Shown here one piece after another: positions 23,601 through 37,700 of a stretch of 64,000 nt of DNA (position 1 is its first letter; each line of letters opens with the position of its first letter). Position numbers and translations under genes: made by a program. The notes under the pieces were generated by a model. The model worked only from the letters and a program-made list of their open reading frames with translations, searched no databases and was not told the DNA's origin. Origin of the DNA: Tubulanus polymorphus. Lineage: Eukaryota > Animalia > Nemertea. Location of the stretch: the NCBI RefSeq assembly GCF_964204645.1, contig NC_134036.1, positions 4,742,600-4,806,599 on the forward strand, read 5' to 3'.

Positions 23601-26600
23601 AACTGATTGAATATAAGTAATTTCATCTCTAGTGATTATTGGCGTTATAACGTGCATTCTGTCATTAGAAGTCATCGTTAGTATAGAGCTATATTGATGC
23701 TGATATTGAAATATCTTTATCATGTATGCAATTTCTTTTCCAGTGTAACTGCCAATTCTACCTATTTTACCACGGATGCTATGACACATCTTTGTCGCAG
23801 TGTCTAGATCAAAGCCTCGATGTTTGTTCCAGTCCGTCAGTATTTGATAGCATTTTTTATCTATGCTTACCCAACCAATCGTACAAATCGAGCCATGGAA
23901 ACCAGTATTTTGGAAATCTTTTTCCCGTATGATAAATGTGTCATCTTTGGTTACATTCAACATTGTAACTGTTGTATTCTCAATGTCGATTCTATTTGTT
24001 TCACAAATGAAACTCGTGTGAACCTCTTCGATTTCACAGGGGAATCGAACCCAGTTCGCTGAGCCTCGTGGATTATTCAGAATCATCGCCGTACACGGCA
24101 TATTGACGTCATTTATCGGTTGTTTTCTTTGAGGAGAGATCAATCCTTGAATAACTTCTGGGATCGTGTCGTTATTTGTAGGTTTATACCACTCTGTGTA
24201 GCTCAATGGTTTCCCATCAGTCCACGTGTAAACATTAGTCTCAGGCTGAAACGTACGAATGGAAAACGAAAGACAAAAAAGTCTGCATATTTTCCTGAAA
24301 AATAAGAAAAACGCCTTTTTAAAAGGAATTAAAAGTGTTTCATTACCTGCTGTTTCAATCCAATCATCATTATGAGCGCTTTCTGTGAATACGCGTTTAG
24401 AAGAAGTTCTGTTGCGAATAACGCTTTGATATTGACCATTTCCTGTTGTGAGTTGATACTGAATAGATGTCCAGCGTACTTTTGTCTACAATACAGTTCA
24501 GCATTCTCCCAATTCAGACGTTCATTTCTGATGTATTTTACGCAAGACATTCCCGAATCTAGAAATCCTGATTTACAGACATTTTCAAACTGTTTTATCG
24601 GTAAAGACTGTTCTAATGTGTATTGTATTTGGAATACAGGTATTTGATCCATTGATTTAATAAACAGATAGTAATGAGTAAAACTATGAAATACAAGTCC
24701 TGACATAGCATTATTGTCACATATTCTATTTTCGTGTCGATGTGTTTGACCGCTAGTTTCGTCACTGACCTGTTGTTGCATTACGATTGGGTCTTTGTCC
24801 CTTCGGCTTGCCTTCTCACATCGTATCATTGCAATGTGTTTTATGATAAATCTGTAGTATTTAATTGGTTTAAAGTGCCTTGGTCTAAACCCATACATTA
24901 AAATGGAACCCATCCCAAGTTGTGCTGATCCCGGGTAGTTTGGTGACTGAATGATTCCGCAATAATCATTCAGCGGTTCCTGAATGATACTACCGATCAT
25001 CGCATTCTTAGATCTTTGACATTTTCGTCGTAATTCAACGAATAATGGATAGGCCCAGAATAAATAAGTCCTTGCTATTTTCACGGTGTTCAATACGATA
25101 CCGTTATTGAGAATTTGGCGACTCAAACTCACATAACTGCTACAACGACCGTGTAATAGATGATCCTGAAAACATCGGTCAATTTGATATTCGTGTTCTG
25201 ATAATATATAAATGTTTCTCAAAGGTAGGCGTCGCTTTCCCGGTGTAATCACGAGACAGTGTGACGTCATGTTGATCTGACGTTCTTTATCCTTAAAAAC
25301 ATACCCGTCACAGTCGGTCGGACGAAATGTGAGGCGTGATTTCTTATCGACTGATGTTATTCCACCATCCCAGTTATAAGCGTATCCCACAACAGTAACC
25401 GATCCACCTGATGTAATCAAACTGCCGACATTTCGGTCACTCGGGCCACGTAAACGAGGACAATACGGACCGTATCGTCTAGCCGTGAAATTACCACCGT
25501 CGTATATGTAAAATCCAGCTCGCTCGCAGTTCTCCGATAAAACTGTTAGTTCCATATTCTCTTCATAGATTTCATATTTCCATTTAAACTCGTATCTATA
25601 GATGCGATAATTCAATGTGATTCCCGCTCGTTGTTGGATCAGACCGGATTGCGACTTGAATAATAGTCCGTCATAAAATATCTAAACACAAGTTTTCCAA
25701 TATTGAGTACATCAGGCAATTTTTTCGATTTAAATAATTTTAATGCCGAAAAAAATGATTCTACAGCAGTTACTCACCAAACTTTCTGTGATGACTTGTC
25801 TCGAAATAGAATCCGCTTTAAACATTATTTCAAATCTCATTTTCCCGTGAACTGTTTCTTTCAGAACGCACAGTATGACGAGAAAGCCGTCAGATTTAAC
25901 ACTCAATGATTGCAGGTAGTTGTATCCGAGTAGAATATCAGTTCCTACAACGCGTAACCCTTCTTGTTTATATACACCGACGACGTCACTGGACGAGACG
26001 AGGTCACGTGTCCAGTTGAAGACGACGGACTGTAACACCTGCACTGTGATAGACCAGCAGTGTAAGTGTTTCGATCGAGTTATTACGTGTAAACTGTTGT
26101 CATCGGGAATGAGCACTCCCGACTCGTTATTAGAGATCTGAACCAGCGAATTAGACACGTTCCAATCTGATATTCTGTAAATCTGGACTAAAAGCTGTGA
26201 CTCAAACATCAGCGAAAACGGCAGAGAGATGACGGCTTTATTTGTTTTGGTGTAAAATGATGACGGTGGATGTCCGGATTGTTCACGTATTGAACCTATA
26301 GGTTTACTTTTGGTCTTCAATCCGTCGTGGATTACAATAGGCATTGACTGAATTCGGACATCAGACTTATATATTAACTGAATGAATGTGATATTCATCG
26401 CATAGCCGTTTGAAATTTCCGTCCATTCCACAACCAACTGGCATCTAAGACGTAATTTCATGTAGAACTTATAACCAATCGATGTTGGTAGATTTCTCAA
26501 TTCTGGAGGGAGGTATCTGCAGTCGGGTCTGATTCTCAATCGGCTTCGTTCATAACGATATATGATATAAACGCGACTACCCCGCGCACCATCGACGTTA

Positions 26601-26995
26601 CTTCTAAACATCAACGAGATCGAATCGTTACGGCGGATTTCATGTTTTCCATCACCGCACAATCTGATATCAGACTCATGGACGAGAAGGTAGTTATCAC
26701 TACAGAATATTGACAGCTCGATATCATGGTAAACTTGGACGTGAAAAGTTCCCGGTAAAGAGCTGTTGATGAACCAACGACATTCAACACTGCGCGTTAA
26801 CGAAGGGTAATTCGGTGAAACGATGTAACCGGCCGTAGAATCTAGTGGGTACCACGTGTTGTTACAAGACGAACTTACCGTCGCAGACGATTCCTCGATA
26901 GAGTCTGCGCGATCAGCGCGCGCGATGCGAACTTGACAGACGATCAGCGACGCTATAAACAGCGCTCTCAGTCGCTGCTCCATACCGAACAACAT
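20643..26995 (-). CDS. GRL101-like CUB-CTL-LDLa-LRR GPCR, copy 2 (~2,051 aa, 3 extra LDLa modules); exons 26995-25778, 25681-24347, 24245-20643
   Basis: Phase-0 GT-AG introns 25777-25682 (96 nt) and 24346-24246 (101 nt) at positions homologous to copy 1. An alternative in-frame ATG lies at 27049. Confidence 0.9.
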
Positions 26996-29900
26996 CAACA
27001 CGACACAACGTTGGAATTCATTCACGATACAAATTCGAATTTCAATCATTGATCTGTTGTTTGCATCAGTTTCTATCTTCGAGTTCACTCCACAAATGAT
27101 GCAAAATCTGAAAGTTTTACGCTTCCCAGTAATCACGACAGATCTGTGCAGCAATTTCCAATATCACAGTTGGTTTTTTGCTACGCGCAGTAAATATCCA
27201 TGTCCAATTATATATAAAAACGTTCTAATATTTTCGTGTCGTTCGTTTGAATATTTATTTTCTAAATTAAAGTTTTCGTACGTGCTTAGAAATTAGATTT
27301 TCATCGTTCTGGCCGCATACGGACAACCGACGTAATATAACGTCTTGAATCGTTATGAAATCCCAGTACATACGTTTCAAGTTGTTTGTTTCTCTTGAAA
27401 TATAGATTGTTGTTCTTATTCACTCGATTCGTTAGTTTGTCTTAATGCGTATTTCATTTAGGTTCCAAAAACCGATTCTAGTACAGCTACGAAAACTTGA
27501 TACATGGCAGCGATGTGTGAAATTCCTATCAAAGATTCAATGATGCAACACCTCGAGGTTTTAGCTTCTTTTTTGTTCCGAATGGATCAAACTCGGTGGC
27601 CTAATTATTTTCATCCCCGCCTTAAGGATCGTAATCCTCTTGTCACCTCGGTCGTTTGAATTCTTCTTTTTTTTCAGGAAAGGCTCGTCGCTTTTCGACT
27701 TTATCTTAAAGCTTACACTTTTGGACGAATATACGAAGTTTAAGATAGCTTCCTAATACGTTATTACACATGCCTCGTGTGATGCAGCGATGTCCCTTGG
27801 ACATGAATGGACTATACTACGATTTAGTATATTGAACATGCGGTTTTTCCATTGGCTTTATTTATGGCAGTTAAAATTGACAATTAAAATCCCTTTTATC
27901 TTGCACAAAATTCTACGATGAATTTTCACAACGAATACTGAGTAGGAAGAAAAAGTCATACGTTTCATTTACAAATAACGGGGAGCTGGAGCCGGTTTCA
28001 CTGAAATCATTCGTTCAATCGCTACTGGCAAATTCATGTTTTCAATATCGACATCAATTAAAACTAAAACTAATTATTTTTTTTTTTCATGAAAATTATT
28101 CCTGCCTCGCTAGAGAAATGTCATACATCTAAACCATTACCATTTCAACAGAATATAGTCATTACGTCACGCGGCGAGGAAGACTATCGAGGCCACAGTT
28201 GTCACAGAAAAAAATGTTTAGGTAGAAGAAAGTTGAACTAGGTTATTGAGCAGTCTTTCGTAACAATGGCTACTGATATTAAGAACATCCGATCAAAAGT
28301 TAGAACCGAGTTCCACATGCGTAATTTAAGACTTGATTCGCTAAATAATTCATTAGTTGATGAACTTATTTCAACTGAATTCATTATCCAGTTTCATACT
28401 TGCGAATTGAGTTAACTTTTATTCAAAGCAAATAGAACTGGGATCCAGCATTTGCTACTGTAGCCATTCTGTCATGCAAATTTAGAACATATCTACAGTT
28501 TCCATAGAAAAGTGGATGTTCAACTTTTTAGAAGTAATTGACTCATTCGACCCTGAGATAAAACATTGTAGTTTTCTAAGAATAACCAACTTGTGCTTAT
28601 ACTATGCCTATATCATAAGTTGCTCTAGCCAGTTCTTGCTAGTTCCGCCTGGATTTTTTTCCTATCATCAGTTCTAGGCACGGTTGCATGGATTCTATTA
28701 GAGTTACGGATAGGACATCGCGCTTTATCGCCCTATAGCCTAAAGATAATCGTGATTTCATCGATAGAGACACGAAACACCTCGTCTCTGACATGTGATG
28801 CAAAAATCGGTATTACCGAGAGATGTCAATACCGTCACCGACAAGTGATAGAAATAGAATAATAGCCGCGGTCCACGCTCTTCTACAAAACTACTACAAC
28901 TGCCGCCCTAATGTTACGAGTAAAAAATAAAAACGAAAAAAAAAAACAAATGCCCCGCTTAGAACGAAATAGATAGAAAATCTCTCCCTAAGCCGATACC
29001 CCCGGCGCGTGGATCTACAGCCGAGTCCAGTTGCTCAGCCGCGGCTAAAAGTCCGAAAGTGGTCTTGAATCCCAAAGCTGGTCTCAAGTTGTTAGTTTGG
29101 CTATATTAGGAGGTTTGTCTTAATTATACTGATATTTAATTCAAGCTATGATTATTAATTAGGATTTATAAGTAGGTATCGTATTTCAGCGAGTTTCCTC
29201 GGTACTGACTATACTGCCTACACACTACTTCCGCGGGGACACATCTCTAGTTTATTGACGTGTATACAACAGCATATTCATGATAATCGAAGAAATCCCA
29301 CTCTTTCTATATTCTATATAGAATATATATAGAATTCTATGTGATAAGATTTATCATTTTGAAACTACAAAATTTGAGTGGTTTCGAAATAATAAATTTC
29401 ATCATGTGAAATTCGAATTGTGGGATTTCTCCAATTATCTACAGTGTACACGGATTAGAGAGTTTCTTTTGACTACATATATATTTACGAGTCCGGGACG
29501 AGGGAACGACAAGTAAGACATCTACAGCGCGTAAAGCAACAAAGAGAAATAAAATTATGTTATCGACTTACATGACATTTTTCAGTTCCAGTCATTATCG
29601 TCGACGTCCTCTTCGTAATTGCCTGTCTCACGAACGACCTAAACGCGGACTTGCCATCTGAAAAAAATGAGACAAAGTTCCAATTCACTTTACTTGAAAA
29701 AATAAACGAATCTTTGATTTCGGCGTCATTGATTCATTCTCTTTACTTGCCTACTGCACTGAATAGTCGGTTTGAACGATTTCAATTTTCATGGCTACAT
29801 ATCGTCCTCTACTAATAAACCCTTTTCATTTGTAATATATCGTTTGAATTCATTAACTTTTTCTCAAATGAATTAAAGTTTTCACTGTTTTATGTTCGCT

Positions 29901-30297
29901 TTTTTATATGATGTAAAGCCAAAGAGCATATTTTATATGGATCTTAGGCTGAATAAATTATTATAATTGTTATCATTGTTATTATCATTATCAACAGACG
30001 AGTCTGAAAGATCCTCGGACGCTCCGGCTGCGATAGAACAGAAACTGTATTCGTTTGTTACCATTAGCAATAAAGGAAGAAAGGTAGGTTCTGATAGTAT
30101 CGGTGTCATCGTAACACGCCCCTGAGGATTGCTATATTAATTTGTTACAGATTAAAAAGATCCGAGGCGTCCTGAATCTATTTAAGATAATGGTTTGACA
30201 GTTCATAGCTACGTTATACGATCATTAAGCCGTCCGTATGAATCGACTAACTATTCCGACATAGGAAAAGTTTCTGACAAGCGGTTTGAAAGTATTC
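25850..30297. repeat. Recent segmental duplication/conversion tract, near-identical to ~39590-44534
   Basis: Exon 1 and ~3.3 kb of upstream DNA of copy 2 align almost base-for-base with those of copy 3. Homology ends at GCGGTTTGA.AGTATTC. Confidence 0.9.
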
Positions 30298-30409
30298 ATT
30301 TCTTTTGGTACGTATCTTTCGCATGGCCGTACTACAATATCAGGGGCCTGGCGTTGAATACTTAATATATATTCTGAATACAGATTCTTTGATTTCGTAT
30401 ATTCTGTTA

Positions 30410-30726
30410 CTAATCATGATTTGTCTTAATCGAAAAAATCGCTTCCGCAACAGACAAACATCTCAAATAGAATATACTAGTGTTGTTTGAGCGTTCTTTG
30501 CTGAGAATAATGAAAGACAGCAAATTTGTGCCCAAACCGAAGATCGCAAGGCTGACAATAATGACCTGTATTATCACTTTCTCTAGAAACGGTCTGTAAT
30601 CTGCATGGTGGATAGTCTTACACAAAGGGTGAGGTTTAAACCCCGCCTTCTCGGTGGTTGTTGTCAGGTCCAATCCATTGTGGTCGAGAAACTGAGCGCC
30701 ACCCGCTACATTTCTGAAGCCATCAT
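30410..30726 (-). pseudogene. Internally deleted FMRFamide/SPR-like GPCR pseudogene
   Basis: The N-terminus/TM1 (…FYLRCLSVA) is fused directly to the C-terminal tail (AIFSIKTNHD). There is also a frameshift after ATG ATG GCT TCA GAA and a 9-nt deletion (TTY). The flanks match those of the 59359 paralog. Confidence 0.9.
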
Positions 30727-31882
30727 TTCAGTCCACGCCCAGCGCGCAGACGCTGCTCGTTAATTAGAGACAAATCAGAAAATCCTCCAAGAACAACTGA
30801 AATCTCGGTTATTAGCGATATCCTTGCACGAATTGACGACGATTTAATTAAAGCTGATGCCTAGCCGCCAAACGCGCGCAGACACTGAGAGACTAGAAAT
30901 ACTACGTTTCTAGTGTCTAGAGTTCTGACGCCCAACAGGGAGAATTCTTAGTTAATTTTTTTTTGAAAGGCTTCGCGATTTTGTTGACGTATCATTATCG
31001 CATGGAGTCGCAATATCGCTGTTTTTACGGTTCCATATCATTATTCTTTGACGGTCAGTTGATGGGGTAGATATGAGAAAGCCCCTCGAAATACAGAATC
31101 ATATCCATATCCCTTTCTTCTAAGTGAGCTAGATATATGGAATATTTCTTAAAGTATTAATCTTGAATACAATAGCTGAAAATTCAAGCTTATTTGTTCG
31201 GGAATTGTTCGTAATTCACCTGTTAATTGCGGTTAGTTTAACGTATAAGGTTTTACCGTAAACCAGGATACAAGTACCGTGTTTAAAATGCAATTTCAAT
31301 TTTTACCACGAATTTATCCACCGCGGTTGATATTGAACCAAGATTTTCAGCAACTGTGGCCCGTAGCATTAATCAATCGGTAAGTAATTAGACCTGGCCT
31401 ATTTTATCATCTTTATCGAGATTTTATACACTTGTCCGATAAAAGTGTTGGCCTCGAGTCTATCCTGATAATCCCAATTTACAACACTACATCTCTTTAG
31501 ATGGAGAATTAGGTTTCTTAATAAGAAAGTCAATATTTAATCCGACCGAATTGCTGCGAAATCCTGCCTACCCGTTTTCCTATCTCTCCCGGCCCTACTA
31601 TTTCGTCGTTTTCGTGTTAGCGATATGTTCGATGAATTCTAACGAGAATAGTGAAAAGAATCCAGATTTTTACGATTGCATAATGTGTGCCAGACGATGC
31701 ATATAAGTAAAAAATGCAGATGGCGTCTGAAATACGTAGAATTGGTTTGCAGTAGATGATATTATTTTAAGGCTTTTATGGTCTGAACTGTGTTATATTC
31801 TATCGAAATAATAGTTGAAAGAAGCAAACTTTGTTGGATACATATAATATTTTGGACCATGGTTCAGTAAATACTCCATATA

Positions 31883-32160
31883 AGCCGCAATCACACGAGC
31901 ATTATTGGCCCGGGCCAAATTTCGCCCGACCAAAAGCGTCGGACGAGGCCCGAGCCAAATTTTAGCACCAGACAAATGATTTCGTTTGAATTGCAACTGG
32001 CACCGGAAATGATCCACTCCGCTTTGATTGAGCATTGTTTAGTATCGAGTGAATGGTTTGCGTGTGAACGCGCTCTCCTATTAGACATGGGCCAAATTTG
32101 GCCCGAGCCTGATCCGTGCCAATTTGGCCCGGGCCAAATCGTGTCCGTGTGATCGCGGCT
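31883..32160. mobile_element. MITE (278 bp) with 3-bp TSD ATA, PIF/Harbinger-like
   Basis: ~40-bp imperfect TIR AGCCGC.ATCACACG...TTGGCCCGGGCCAAATT at both ends, ATA on both flanks, and internal GGCCCG(G/A)GCCAAATTT subrepeats. Confidence 0.85.
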
Positions 32161-33747
32161 ATAGTTAACAGTTATAGACAGTATGGAGCGAGTTGAATCG
32201 TCGTGTTTTAATAATCTAAATTTCTCTGGCTACATTACGGTCCCAAAGAAGTTGCAGTGAATGTTTATGGATAATGTGCTGATATCATTTAGAAAAATGG
32301 CTTCAAAGGTTCTAGTTTATTTTTCCGGCTCCATGCCATCCTGAAGACGTGTTTATCAATAGTGATACGTGGCCTGATCGGCGATAGATCGGCTTTAGAA
32401 CTAAGTTAGTGTGAGATCTTGGGTAAAGAGTTCAAATAGTTGAAAATCCATACAAGCAAAAACAGTACAAATCTCATTTTCTAATGAGTATATAAATCTA
32501 TTTTAGCAACGTTTTCGGTAGTTACATTTTCCCCTCATCGGGCATAGCGCAAGTGATCAAATCTACATGATATGAAAACATGATATGAACAACTTCTATT
32601 ACTTGCCCTATGCCTGATGGATGTTCAAGTTAGCGTAAGATCTAGAGGCACCTAAATGACTCAGCCGGTCAGAAAATAACGTTGAGTCGGGCGAGATAGA
32701 AATTCAATTTCTCATCGCCAACCAAAAGTTGAAGAAACACATTTTAATCAGAATTGCATATTTCTACCCGCGACACTCTGATGAAGGGGTTTAATGGCAG
32801 AATCGAGTGATAATTAGTTAAACCCTGGCTCCGCGCTGATATAATTCAGTCATCATTAGCGCTGATTTGAAATTCAATTCTTTATCGATCCAACCATACA
32901 AACTACATCGACGTGTGACGACGGCGAGTAAAAGTATACATCGTTTGTAGTTCTGTGTTGAAATTCCGATTTAACGCCTGCAGTATCTGAAACGGATTTG
33001 AATTCGACTCTTTCCACGGTAAGAAAATGTTACGGTCAAAAAAATGTTACATGTAATTCATTCGTGAATTTCTTATCAATCATTAAGCTTGAAGACATGT
33101 ATTTCTTTAGGATTAACTAGATTTATTTGAAGTGCGAGCTTCCGCGTTTCGGATTTAGTTTTTGGCAACCAGTATAAGCACAGTAATTTTTAGAATACAT
33201 TATCGTACTGAAAGTTTGAACGGACCTTTATACGGAATAGACGGGTGTGGCTCGGGACTGCACTTTCAACTGTCGGGAATCAACTAAATTATTAGAATCA
33301 TCTGATTATGCTATCGATAATCACGAAATGCTTTTTGTAGTTAACATAAATTCTTTTCTCGCTGAAGCGGAATTCTGTCTTCACGTATAGTACAACCGTG
33401 TCCTAGCAACCTTGATTTATAAATTTGATAATCATTATTTATTGACGCCGAACAAATCAACAATGTGTCAAGTGCATGCAATACAACACGCTTAACAAGT
33501 AACAAAAAAGTACCCAAATTATAAACAGAAAATAAACCTGTATCGCAGTTAACACGTTACGTACAAGTAAAGAAGTTAACTGTCGTTTCAATGGACCGCA
33601 GCAAATCGCTCATAACGATATGCGGCGCGCATGGGCGCTGGAAAGTTCTAGCGACTTTTGCGTCGGTATACTAGGGTCTATTTGATTTAAGTAGTATAAT
33701 GTTTTAAAATGACATCAAACGAATGCCGAATCCGACAACCTTTGGTG

Positions 33748-34318
33748 CTAAATGAGGAAATCCCCGACTTCGAATTAAAAATCATACGATCGAATTTTAT
33801 GAAACCACAACGTTTAACAAGTAACGAAGCATATAAACTCACAGGATCCAAAATAGAAGCAGTGTGTCAAAACAAAAGATAAACAGACCAAGCAATAAAA
33901 AATAAAGGGGTACCGTAGAAACCACAGCGATTCTAACCAGTTCAGAGTAAAAACAAATTATGTAACTAAGTGAAGTGGACTGAAGAGGGTGGCGATAACA
34001 GAGTGGCACATAGTAACATTAAACCCAAATCTAATAAAGAGTTGATGTGTCTGGATAATAATTGGTTATGTGGAGAAAAACCAGTATCTAAATTAGTAGA
34101 TAAATTGGATTTCGAAAGTTTACATATTAGGGCTGATTCCACTATGTGTCTCTTATGAATAACTTTACACGGATAAATAAGTTACGAATTCTGTAGTTAG
34201 TCAACGGCCGAAACGTTGTGGTTTCATAAAAATAAATTTGATCGTATAATTTTAAATTCGAAGTGTGGGATTTCCTCATTTATCTACAGTATACACGGAT
34301 TATAGTGTTTATTCGACA
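33748..34318. repeat. Inverted pair of Penelope/retrozyme-like repeat fragments (33748-33815 minus; 34200-34318 plus)
   Basis: CCGAAACGTTGTGGTTTCATAAAA...TTCGAAGT.TGGGATTTCCTCATTTA occurs in both orientations; the same family occurs at ~29378, ~43306 and ~55170. Confidence 0.65.
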
Positions 34319-34725
34319 ACTAACCTTTGGTGCGTTGGCTCATGGCCGTTACCAGCGGTGGCCAGCAGAAAATTTGGGCCGATTTATTCACCGGCTCTCT
34401 ATTAAAATCAGGATGGGTTCAGACAATTGAGTCGGTTTTTAGGTTACAAGATAGATTAGATTGTTAATTGCGGATTAGTTTTCGAATCTGAGAGAGGATA
34501 CACGTTCGTCCGAAAAATGTTTGAATACATCGCAATAATCTGGACAAATGCAATAGGGTTTTCTGGCCGTCGTCAGACAACAAAACATAATAGTAATTAA
34601 GAGAATAATAAGGGGCTTTTTTGTGAATAAGCAGAATATCCTAAAATGACGTTCAAATGATTTTCGTATTTGAAAGCGGACACTAATTGGGACAGATAAA
34701 CGTTTAAGCTCCCAAAAGCAATATT

Positions 34726-37700
34726 TCAATGTCGCAAACGTTTGGTTTTTGCGCGTATGGATTTCATATCGATAGTCAGTATTGTGTAAAGAAGGGGATT
34801 GAGGGACGAGTTGATCGGTAAGAAAAGAACCGCCAGCCAAGCCGCCACCTGATTCGGTATTTCTACCCGTAAGACCGCGCAAAACTGAACGATAATTAAC
34901 GGCAGCCAACAAAATAAATTACACAGATTTATCACTAAACTCCTGCGTGCCAAAACCAGTTCGGTAGGGTCAATTCTACCCGAACCAGACCTGCTTCCAG
35001 ATACGAGTCTGTACATTTGCGCATAAGTTGCCATTATTGTACCAAGAATGGTAGCGTTAAAGACGGCAAAAATAGCGAATGAATATTGCCAGGCGTTGAC
35101 ATCAATTGATATTAAATTCATAGGTAAACAAACTCCAGTAGTACCGTAGAATTTAATACTGAAATAGGGTAATTCTGATAATGGAATTATGGCAATTGCA
35201 CTAATTGATAACCAGCATATGCCACAAATAATGGACACATATATCGGTGATGTAATCGGGCTTCCGGAAAATGGGTTAACGACATTTGAGAATCTATGAC
35301 GAGTTAGAATAAACAGAAACGTCAACGAGCCTTCACAAGAAATAGTGACCGTAACTCCAGCGAAACTACACAATGAACTGCCCGTCCAAGCTTCAGAATT
35401 TAGGAAATAAACTCCTTTGTAAACGTAATCTGCTCCCGCGATCAAAAACAAATAAATCGACATCATAAAATCGCAAGCAGCGATATTAATAATGAGGATA
35501 TCAGAAGATGCGTTACGCTTTTTGGAGGACGAAAGTTGAATTGATCGAAAACGTAATAAAATGACAATCGTGTTCGCGGAGAAACTAAACGCAGCGATGA
35601 CCCAGATGATAGCTCTGAGGACTGTGTTACCCATCAGATCAGAGCAAGAGGAAAACTTACCAGCTTCGGGAAGGCACTGGTCAACATGCGGAGCCATACA
35701 GCAAAATTTGTAAGCGTCAGACATTAGGGAAACTAATGATGTTAGATTGTCAAAAACACCTCTTTCTGTCAAAATGTAATGGGAATTATTGGATAAATCA
35801 AGAATTCTAAGTTTATTTAATCCAGAAAAAGCGTATTGTGAAATATGATGGATTCTGTTACTGCTAATATTCAACGACTGTAATGCAGATAAACCTTTAA
35901 AGGCATTTCTACCAAGCACTAATAAATAAAGTTCCTGTAGATCGAGAACTTTGAGTGATTTCAAATCTTTGAAGGTCTCATCCTCTAAATGACGTAGTGG
36001 ATTTTTAGTTATCAATAGCCCTTTCAAACTGGACAAACCGGTGAATGAATTTGTAGATAAGGATGTTATGTTGTTGTATGTCAGGTCTAATGTATGTAGA
36101 TTATGCAGCTTTGAGAACGACTTTGGTAAAATATCAGACAATTCATTGAAGGAAATGTTGAGCATTCGAAGATAAACGAAAAGTGAAAACGTCGACTGAT
36201 TGAATCGAATTTTGTTACTTGACAGAATTAAAACTCGAGTTGATTCTGAGAAAAGACCAGTAATATCTGTAAAAAGTGAATGGCTACAATCGATCAAATG
36301 ACCTTGACATTTACAACCTCGAGGACACGTGACGTTACAGAAAGCCTCGTCATCAGTTGTGTGTTTACAATTGACGAAACCGTCACAAACTTCAGATTGT
36401 GGAATACATCGATTTTCCTGACCACATTTAAACAAACCTGGACATGAAAATGTCTCGCAGTTTTGTTCATCTTCTGAATTAGGACAATCTGATTGACCAT
36501 CGCACGCCTGTCTGATCGGTATACAGTACGATGCTGGACATTTTAAAGTTCCTGCTGGACATTGAAATTCTTCACATCTCAAAACGTGCTCAAGATTTCT
36601 ACAAACTGGGAAGCCATTCGTCATTCTTTCTAGAATACATCTGTGACGTCTTGAATAACATTGAGGAGAATTGAAAGAGCATCTTTGTTCATAAGATTCC
36701 GAACAGAGATTTGTGAAGTTAGTCGTACAGTGGTTCTCATTATTGCAATAAACAGTAGGATTCACTGTAACATTAGAAGCTGTTACTAATTCATCTTCTT
36801 CGAGGCTTCCACTACAATCCACGACACCATCCTGATACAACTGAGAACTGATACAGTCTCCACTGTTACACAGAAACCCCTGACAAACTTGAGCGGTGCA
36901 TCCCAACTCATCTGAACCATCATAACAGTTTGTGACTCCATCACATATGTGAGTCCAACTGACACATTGACCACTTTTGCAGCGAAATTGCCTGGCTAAA
37001 CACGGTGGGTGAAAACACGAGTTCTCATCAGAACCATCCACACAATCCTGTATTAAATCACAGAAACCACTTATTGATATCACCTGACCATCGTAGCATT
37101 GAAACTGACTGTGTATATTGATATCCGTACAATTGAGTTCATCTTCACCATGTTGACAGTCGTGTCTGGTATCACATTCGCGATGGTCGCTGATACATCT
37201 TTGATCGTTACATTTAAACTGCCACGATTTACATCCGCTTATAGAAGCTAACTGTTCATCAGTTACATTGTAGGAACACAAAACAGAATGCGCTGCATCT
37301 GTCGCATTATCAAACTCTTTCATCATCCATTTAACTGATTGAATATAAGTAATTTCATCTCTAGTGATTATTGGGTTTATAACTTGCAGTCTGTCATTAG
37401 ATGTCATCGTTAGTAAAGAGGTGTATTGATATTTATAATGAAATATTCTTATCAAATTTGAAATATATTTTTTTGTGTAAACGCTTATTCTGCCTATTTC
37501 ACCTTGGATGCTCTGACACATCTCTGTCGCAGTTTTTATATCTAAACCTCGTTGTTTGTTCCAGTCTGTCAGTATTTGATAGCATTTTTTATCTAGGTTT
37601 ACCCAACCAATTGTACAGCTCGAATCATTGAAACCAGCGTCTTGCAATGATTTTTCCCATATCAGAATTCCATCGTTTTTTACATTTAAAATTGGTACCG

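Noticed and set aside
32778-32840. Possible C/D-box snoRNA or hammerhead (CTGATGA ... CTGA)
   Set aside because: No GAAA after the stem, no terminal stem, and the boxes are not kept in the homologous 7.2k copy.
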